Positions 8,016 to 16,200 of a stretch of DNA of 20,000 nt are shown piece by piece. The notes below the pieces were generated by a model that saw only the letters and a list, made by a program, of their open reading frames with translations, did not search any database and was not told the DNA's origin. A program made the translations under genes and the position numbers. Source of the DNA: Methanobacteriota archaeon (GTDB lineage Archaea; Thermoplasmatota; Thermoplasmata; SG8-5); NCBI GenBank assembly GCA_013791785.1, contig VMTD01000065.1:40111-60110 (forward strand), written 5' to 3'. Each line of letters begins with the position of its first letter. The stretch's first letter is position 1.

Positions 8016-8423
8016 CTATCGCGTCGTGCACCGCGCCAGTTCAGCGTGCTTCACGCCTTTGATTGCTTGAATCTTGTCCGCAAGCCCCTTAATCTCGAAC
8101 GGACTGCCCTGGACTATGATCGCCTCTATGCAGGCATGCTCGTCCAGCCGTACGATGGTGGTGTTGTGAATGAGTCTGTGGTTGGTATGCTGCAATTCCG
8201 CAAGTTTCTCCACGACGTCATGCTCGTCATAATTGTATGATAGCGTGATCGAGCCGACAACCGTTCCGATGCCCTTCTCCCATTCCTCGGCCACCAGGTT
8301 CTTTCTGATGATGTCACGGATCGCCTCCGAGCGATTCGTGTACTGCTTTTCCTCGATGAGCTGGTCAAATTTTTCCAACAGTTCCGGTTCTATGGATATT
8401 CCGATTCTCGTGACTTTTTCCAT
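8016..8423 (-). CDS. NikR-like CopG/RHH-family metalloregulator
   Basis: MEKVTRIGISIEPELLEKFDQLIEEKQYTNRSEAIRDIIRKNLVAEEW ribbon-helix-helix, then an ACT-like domain VGSITLSYNYDEHDVVEKLAELQHTNH...HACIEAIIVQGSPFEIKGLADKIQAIKGVKHAEL. Confidence 0.9.
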   Translation of the reverse strand: MEKVTRIGISIEPELLEKFDQLIEEKQYTNRSEAIRDIIRKNLVAEEWEKGIGTVVGSITLSYNYDEHDVVEKLAELQHTNHRLIHNTTIVRLDEHACIEAIIVQGSPFEIKGLADKIQAIKGVKHAELARCTTR

Positions 8424-8480
8424 GTGTCCACCTACCAGCCAGAAATCGTGCTACGGATATTTATATCTTTGCTACGCCTC

Positions 8481-8501
8481 ACGTTTTTATGGATAAAACG
8501 T
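8481..8501. promoter_or_regulatory. Palindromic candidate operator in the nikR-like/thiF divergent promoter region
   Basis: Perfect 7-bp arms ACGTTTT (8481-8487) and AAAACGT (8495-8501) around a 7-nt spacer, adjacent to AT-rich TATA-like sequences on both strands. Confidence 0.4.
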
Positions 8502-8534
8502 AAATATCCATAGGCCGTGAGGGTATGTGTTACA

Positions 8535-9137
8535 ATGAAAGAAGAGAACGCGAACATGATTAAGTCAAAGCTCGGAAAGGCTTCCATAGGCATAGCCGGC
8601 CTTGGCGGTCTCGGCTCCAATGTGGCCATGGCCCTGGCCCGTGCCGGTGTCGGCCGCCTGGTGATAGTCGATTTTGACGAGGTTGAAGCATCCAATCTCA
8701 ACCGTCAGGCCTACACCCTGGACCAAGTGGGGATGAGGAAAACGGAAGCGCTCACTCAGAACATAGCCAAAGCCAATACCGATGTGGACGTTACTGCGAT
8801 TCATCTGAAGCTGGAACCCGGTTTCATGGACGCGCCTTTCGCATCCGTCGATATCATCATAGAGGCCCTGGACAATGCTTCGACCAAGGCTACCTTCATC
8901 GAGGAGATATCCCTGAAGTTTCCAGATAAGCCGATAATTGTGGCTTCCGGTGTGGCCGGTATCCGCGGTACCGAGAGAATACAGATGAAACGCAGTGGGA
9001 ACCTATACCTTGTCTATGACGACACTGCACCGTCATGCGATGAAACGGCTGTTCTGGCACCCAGGGTGGGTCTCTTTGCTTACTGGCAGGCCAGCCTGGC
9101 CCTTGAGATACTTTTGGGGTGTGAGAATGGCGATTGA
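8535..9137 (+). CDS. thiF: ThiF/HesA-family sulfur-carrier adenylyltransferase (short form)
   Basis: KSKLGKASIGIAGLGGLGSNVAMALARAGVGRLVIVDFDEVEASNLNRQAYTLDQVG is an E1-like Rossmann fold; APSCDETAVLAPRVGLFAYWQASLALEILLG follows. Track ORF starts at GTG 8517; ATG 8535 preferred because GAGGG lies upstream. Confidence 0.87.
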   Translation: MKEENANMIKSKLGKASIGIAGLGGLGSNVAMALARAGVGRLVIVDFDEVEASNLNRQAYTLDQVGMRKTEALTQNIAKANTDVDVTAIHLKLEPGFMDAPFASVDIIIEALDNASTKATFIEEISLKFPDKPIIVASGVAGIRGTERIQMKRSGNLYLVYDDTAPSCDETAVLAPRVGLFAYWQASLALEILLGCENGD

Positions 9138-9327
9138 GGTGAATTCTACCGAGCATAAATGGGTGGAGAACGAAACGATTACACAGCTCCTGGCCCGTAT
9201 GAATTACGTGTTTCCCCTTGTGGTTGTCAAGATTGACGGCGCGGTGATTCCGAAGTCCTCCTATGAAAAGACCGCTGTCCCGGACGGTTCCAGGGTCGAG
9301 GTCATACACCTCATAAGCGGAGGATGA
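9127..9327 (+). CDS. ThiS/MoaD/SAMP-like ubiquitin-fold sulfur carrier ending in Gly-Gly
   Basis: MAIEVNSTEHKWVENETITQLLARMNYVFPLVVVKIDGAVIPKSSYEKTAVPDGSRVEVIHLISGG; the start overlaps the thiF stop by 11 bp. The track ORF begins further upstream (8995) in another frame of thiF. Confidence 0.9.
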   Translation: MAIEVNSTEHKWVENETITQLLARMNYVFPLVVVKIDGAVIPKSSYEKTAVPDGSRVEVIHLISGG

Positions 9328-9330
9328 AAC

Positions 9331-9966
9331 TTGTCGGTTTCGGGTCTTGATTCCAAGCCCTACACGCGCAACCTGATACCCGGCGAATCGGTTTGCTGGG
9401 AGGTGCACAGGAAGCTGAACGGCATCGAATACAGGTACTGGGACCCGAATCGCAGCAAGCTGGCTGCATTTCTGGTTAGCCGCGGAAAGACCTTTCCCTT
9501 CGAGGTGAAATCCACTGTTCTTTACCTGGGCGCTGCCAACGGGACGACCGTGAGCCACATATCCGACATCCTGCCTGATGGTAGAATATTTGCCGTAGAG
9601 GTCGCCAAGAACCCGTTCAGGGAATTGCTGGCCATTGCGGAAAAGCGGGGCAACATCATCCCAATACTCGAGGATGCCAACCACCCCGAGATTTACGAGC
9701 GCCTCGTGGGCCAGGTCGAGATAATGTACCAGGACATTTCCCAGAGGAATCAGACCGAGATATTCATCCGCAACTCCGGTATGCTGAAACCCGGCGGGAC
9801 CGGATATCTCATGGTCAAGGCCAGATGCATCGACGTTACCGCGTCTCCGACCAGGACCTTCGAGCAATGCGGCATGGAACTGGAGAGCGCCGGTTTCAAG
9901 ACGGTGGAAATGGTCAAGCTGGACCCCTATCAGAAGGACCATGCGGCGTTCGTTGTGAGAAAGTAG
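9331..9966 (+). CDS. flpA: Archaeal fibrillarin-like rRNA/tRNA 2'-O-methyltransferase
   Basis: GIEYRYWDPNRSKLAAFLVSRG...STVLYLGAANGTTVSHISDILPDGRIFAVEVAKNPFRELLAIAEKRGNIIPILEDANHPEIY...MVKARCIDVTASP. TTG start at 9331, with GGAGG overlapping the preceding gene's end. Confidence 0.95.
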   Translation: MSVSGLDSKPYTRNLIPGESVCWEVHRKLNGIEYRYWDPNRSKLAAFLVSRGKTFPFEVKSTVLYLGAANGTTVSHISDILPDGRIFAVEVAKNPFRELLAIAEKRGNIIPILEDANHPEIYERLVGQVEIMYQDISQRNQTEIFIRNSGMLKPGGTGYLMVKARCIDVTASPTRTFEQCGMELESAGFKTVEMVKLDPYQKDHAAFVVRK

Positions 9967-9974
9967 GTAAGTGG

Positions 9975-10171
9975 TCAGCCTTCTGAAATTTTAGATCTTA
10001 GATTTTAGATTTTAGATATTTGCTGGCAGAATGCCCGTCCGTATTTTAGATTTTAGATCTTAGATTTTAGATTTTTGTTTAGAATACGCCACGCCGTCAA
10101 TCCGTCGTAAATCTACTATCTACAATTCCTAAATCTACAATCGTTACTACTTCATTTCTCTGAATACTTAC
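9975..10171. repeat. Composite intergenic repeat element, copy 2 (longer variant)
   Basis: Same modules as copy 1: CTTCTGAAATTTTAGATCTTAGATTTTAGATTTTAGATATTTGCTGGCAGAATGCCCGTCCG, then a second TTTTAGA-type tract, then CCGTCGTAAATCTACTATCTACAATTCCTAAATCTACAATCGTTAC...CTGAATACTTAC. Confidence 0.85.
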
Positions 10172-10239
10172 AAAGCAGGACATAATTTTAATATAATATA
10201 GCTTATACATAGTACATATAATAACCGAGGGGAATACAA

Positions 10240-13200
10240 ATGACCCAGAAAAAATACTTTGTTATGATGCTCGTCATCATTGTGTGCATGCCAGTGGGAA
10301 TGATTATGCCCGTGAATATCGCCAATGCGCAACCGATTCAGGACAGCACGGCCACTGCGGAAATGACCGTTTACGGATGGATCAACGAGACCGGGACCGG
10401 GACACCGATCCAGGCAACCGTATATTTCGCGGACATGTACGGCTATGGTGCGACCAATTCCACGGTTTCGAATCTGGTCACCGGTTATTATTCGCTCAAT
10501 CTCACGGTGACCAATTATCATTACTTCCTCATGCACGGTATCAATACAGCCTACAAGCTGAACCAGACCGATGCCTACATTGACGAGTCATGGCCATCCT
10601 TTCACATGGATATGCAACTTGAATTGGCACCTCCGAGGAGCTCGTCCCTGAGCGGTTATCTCCTGGATGCCGTCACCGGTCTTCCGCTGGTCAATCGGTC
10701 CATGACCGCAGCTTCCGAGGAATATCTCAACTCCACAGTCACCAATGCAACCGGTTACTACAGCATGGGCTTCATACCAGGAGAGTATACCATGGGCGCA
10801 AGTTCCGACGGATACGAATCCACATCCATTCGTTTCACATTGGCGGAAAACTGGACCATCTGGAGGAACATAACGCTGGAACCGCTGAACTGTACGCTAA
10901 GGGGTTTCGTGAAGGGTTCAGGTGGGCCGTTAGATAATGCCTATGTTTATGTGGAAGAACCCTGGAATGTGAATCCATACGGCGATGATTATTCCAATTA
11001 CACCATTTCAACCGGCTATTATGAATTCAATTTGACGAGGGGCACAAAGAACGTGGGCTTCCGCAATGACGGCTATTTCACTACTTCAAGACCCATAACC
11101 CTCCAGGCTGGGGATAACTGGCTGAATGTAACACTGACCGAGGAACCGGCCGATGATTGCACCGTGCGCGGTTACGTGAGCGACCTTTCCACGTCCAACC
11201 CAGTCCACAATGCCAGCATCCGCGTGGGGAACATCAATAACACATGGGGCAACGGCACAATTGCCAATGCCACCGGTTATTACGAGGTGAATGTCATTGC
11301 CAGCGACCTGAGGATGGAAGCAGAGTACTGGGATTACGATGCACAGTATGTTCGAAACGGAACAAAACTGACAATCATGGCCGGCCAGACACTCTGGCAG
11401 AATTTCACCCTGACCAATTATTCCGAGCCCCAGGCAAGCCTGAGAGGCAATGTTACACTGGACGGCGTTCCCATCGACCAGGCGAGCATAAATATGAACA
11501 CCTGGTCAGATAGATACGGCGTCAGTCCAGACCCGTCTGGCTATTACGAGATGGATTTTTATGCCGGGTATGCGGAGTTCTCCGCCAGGTCTTGGGTGTA
11601 TGATAAAACCTCCAACATTGAGAGTCTGGTTCTGGTACTGCAGCCCAATGAAACATACTGGCATGACTTCGACCTGTACTCGCTAGATTTCGATTCCGTG
11701 CTTGTGGGCCGGGTAACGGACCAGGGCAGCCAGGCCGTTGAAGGATGCTTATATTATTTCACCAACGGCGTTAACAGCGAGTCTACATTCCAAACCGCTT
11801 CCATATCGGATTTCAACGGAACATACGAGATAGGGCTTCCCACGGGTGAAAATATCGCATACATGGCCCTTGCCCTGGGGTATGAGATGCAGACCGGCGA
11901 GTTCGTCCTGGGTCAGGAATGGAACTGGAATAATATTACTCTCCAATCCCTCGGTACGATGGTTACGATCAGGGGATATCTCACTGACCTGGAATATAAT
12001 CCGATATCCGGCCATGAAATGATGACCGGCGGAACCGGGTGGATGAACTGGACAGGAACCAACACATCCGGATATTATGAAACGGAAGTACCCATGGGTG
12101 ACGTTCTCATCAGCAGCCAGGTCGAGGGGTATTATGACCCCGGCAACCTGTACCTCAACACCGGCAGCGGGAACGATGTCTGGCTGAACATATCTGTTCG
12201 GCCGAAACCACTCACCTACGAAATAAGGGGCACAGTGAAAGAGAGCGACTCCACACCCGTACCGGACGCCACCGTGTTCGCGGAGTCCGGCGACAGCAGG
12301 TACCAGACCATGACCGATTTCGGCGGCAATTACACCCTGCTGATACCGGGTGATTCCATCGAAATTTCGGTCAGGGCGGATGGCTATGGCACAGGTGAAC
12401 AGGCCTATGTCAACGCAAACCCCTGGAACACAGCACTCTCATGGCAGAATCTCACCCTGGACCGGGGAAATGCCTGGTTCGAGGGTCCCATGACCGAGTA
12501 CCTGGAGGACATCGACGGCGACGGAAAATATGACTGGCTGTACCTGAATGTTACCGTTAACGCTTCCGTTGCCGGCAGTTATTCCATTGACGGCAATCTC
12601 TATCAGTCGGAATGGAACACCGGCGGCGGAGGCATGTTCGGCGGCAGTTCCGCCCGCGCAAGCAACGAGGATAAGGAACTGGGCACCGGCCCTAACACGG
12701 TGACATTGGCCTTCAGCGGCCCGCAAATATTTCTTGTCGGATCGGAGGTGAATTTTGTCGAACTGCTCGTCCGTGACAACAACTGGAACACGCTCGACCG
12801 CATGATCAAACCGATAACCTCGCATGACTTCACTGAATTCGACAGTCCGGATATAGAAATGGCAACCCCCAGGCATACGTTCGGTCCGATCGATACGGAC
12901 TTTGATGGTCTTTACAACCTCCTGCTGTTCAACACCACAGTTGAAGTGCTGGAAGAAGGGGATTATGCCTTCATGGGCCAGCTTTACAATGTTCCGTCGG
13001 GGTCGAACAACAGGGACATGCAGGAACTGGACTCCCAGATGACCGTCATGCACCTGGCTCCTGGAAACCACACAATAGAATTCGCCTTCTCCGGAACGGC
13101 CATTTACAATTCGGGTTGGCACCTGGGCCTTGCGTCTTTCACGGTATTCAACAATTCTATCGGCATGAGCCAGAGTTCCATGGTGGCAGCAAGCCAGGCT

Positions 13201-16200
13201 TACGTTCCTTACGATTACAGGCAATTTCAATCATATCCTGTTGATTCCATGGTCTATGGCTGGGTAAATGATTCCGGCAATTCGCCCATCGAGAACCTCA
13301 GGGTCGAGATTTACAATGTTTCCAACAGATATGTCAATGTTACCCATACAAATGCCACGGGATATTACGAACTGGGCGGCTGGGAAGGCTCCTGGCTGCT
13401 GGTCATGGACGACGATGACGAAACATTCCGTTCATACCAAGGAAATCTGACAACCGTGCCGCTGACATCGGGTGTACCTCTCAGGAGCGACCGCATCATG
13501 CTTGGCGAGGTGCTTGACGGCAACATCCTGGGCATCACATTTGCTCTGGATGACTGGAACAATACAGTTATAAATTCACGCATGGACATGTTCAATGACA
13601 ATCAGACCATAAGATATGATTTTGATGTCTACGAATTCGGGAACGGGGACGGTTTCATCAGCGAATCCGAAGTGGATATGCTCATGGGATTCCTGGGCGC
13701 CATGATAAACATGCCGGCGAACCTCACTGATTACATGAACGTTGACGGTTTCACTTACGAACTTGATGCCGGCTCCACGATTTACGATATCGGTCTGGTG
13801 GGTTCTGTAACTTCGAAGGACAGCGTCTACATACACCAGAAGGCCAATTATACCGCCACCGTGGGCATACCGGTCGCGGCGTCGCATGAACTGAACGTCA
13901 ATCTCTCTTATGATGACACATTCATGGGTTCCATGTCCGAGGTAAATTCCACCTTCGTATGCCATGTTGTTCCACCCACTGGCTGGGGGCGGACCGGGAA
14001 CAAGACAACCGCCAACATCACATTCTCCGGTACTGATTATATAACGGTTGACCCGGGCACCGACCCGAACCTGAACGACAGCTATGAATATGAATGGGCC
14101 AACATCACCATATCCGATTCCCAGGTCCCGACGGTTGGAACAATCTCCGGTAACGTCACGCTCGACGGCCGTACCGATCATTCCGGTGTTACTGTGAAGG
14201 TGGTCAATGCCACCACCGGCATCCAGGTTGCGAGCGGCAACACGGATTCCTTCGGTTTCTACACCATACCGGGAATGCCGCCGGGCACTTACAATGTCAC
14301 CGCTGAGAAGGCCGGATATGCTTACAATACAACCAGCGGCGTCGATGTGACTGCCGGGAACATCACCTGGGTTCCGAACATGGTTCTCAACTCTTACCCA
14401 CCAACTATCTCCAATCTTCATTACTTCACGACGGTGTCAAACGACACAGCCATCACCATATATGCCGACGTGATTGACGACGGCACTGTGGGAAATGTAA
14501 CTCTCATGTACAGCGATGTGCTCGGAGTTAACCACTCCCTTTCCATGACCAAGCTGGGCGGAGTTACTTACAGAGCCACAATCCCGGCTCAGATATTCAC
14601 CGGCAATGTGACATTCTACATAATCGCCAATGACACCATCGGCAATTCAGCCAGATTGCCAGTCATGGGCAACTTCACAATCACCGTGGAGGAGCATGTC
14701 CCGCCGGTCCTCTCAAACCCGGTCGTCATATCGAACCCCACCGAGTACGGCGATTCCACCAACATCACGGTATCGGTTTCCGATGCCTCTGCCATCTCCA
14801 GCATGTGGCTCTACAACTCCTACACATCTGCCAACACCAGCATGAATTCCACCGGCGGAGGTAATTACTATCTGAATGACACATACCTCGCTCTGGGCGC
14901 CTACAACTTCACAATCTGGGCAACAGATTCTTTCGGAAACGTGGCCAGTGTGAACGGTGCTTTCTTTGTGCAGGACACCGTCGCGCCAATCGCGGATGCG
15001 GGCCCGAACCAGACCGTTGATCAGGGTACAATCGTGACCTTTAACGGCAGTTCCAGTATCGATCTTGTTGGCATAGTGAATTACGCCTGGAACTTCATCG
15101 ACAGTTCTCCTGTAACGCTGTGGAACGTCACCCCAACCCACCAGTTCGATACCCCGGGTATTTACATCGTAACGCTGACTGCAACGGACTCATCCGGAAA
15201 TAACGACACCGATACCATGACCGTTACCGTGAATGATACCGTGGCTCCGGTGGCGAATGCGGGCATTAACCAGATAATCAACGAGGACACACTCATGAAC
15301 TTCGACGGTTCTGCCAGCACAGACAATGTCGGCATAGTGAATTACACCTGGACCTTCACCGACGGAGTTCCGGTGACCCTTTACGAAGCTGGTCCGACAT
15401 ACCAGTTCGATGATTTCGGAATGTACGTAGTTACTCTCACGGTGACGGACGCCGCCGGAAACATCCACGCCGATACCATGACTGTAACCGCCTTGGACAA
15501 CACACCGCCGGCCATTTCCGATGTCACGGTCAACCCCGCAGCTTCGGAACTTGGGGTTGTTGTGAACATATCCGCCAACATCAGTGACCTGGCAGGCATG
15601 GGCAACGCCCGGCTCCTGCTCCAGTACCCCAACGGCACGGTCATGAGCAATACCTCCATGACCCAGGGTGCCGGAGATGCTTACTATGAAACGTTCTCAT
15701 GCGATATCATCGGAAACTACCAGTTCACCATATGGGCAACAGACACCAATAACAAGGCGGCATCCGCTTCGGGAAGTTTCTGGGTGAATGACACTGTTCC
15801 ACCAACAATCGAGAACCTATCTGTCCCGGCCACAGTTGAGTTCGGCGACTCCGTTAACATAACTGTCGATATCACGGACAATGCAGGAATGAAGAACGTG
15901 ACCATCCAGGTTTTCGATCCGGTAGGCATAGAATTGTTCAACAACACAATGAATATCGGTTCGTACTGGTACCTCTTCACTCCGGACGAAACGGGAACAT
16001 ACAATTTCACCATCTGGGCAATAGACGGAAACGACATGGTTAACAGTACCAAATCATCCTTTGCAGTGGTAGATACCATCGCCCCGGAGTTTCAGTCGGT
16101 GACTGTGATACCCCAGACCCAAGAGGTCTTAGATAACGTGGCAGTACGCGCTATCGTGGACGACCTGGATTCTGTTGTATCATGTTATCTGAATCTCACC

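Noticed and set aside
8896-9942. Minus-strand 348-aa ORF
   Set aside because: Antisense to thiF, sulfur carrier and flpA, all with strong family signatures; a long antisense frame from codon bias.
12439-16079. Several minus-strand ORFs of 90-281 aa inside the giant surface gene
   Set aside because: All are shadows of the 7.1-kb reading frame, with no domain signal.
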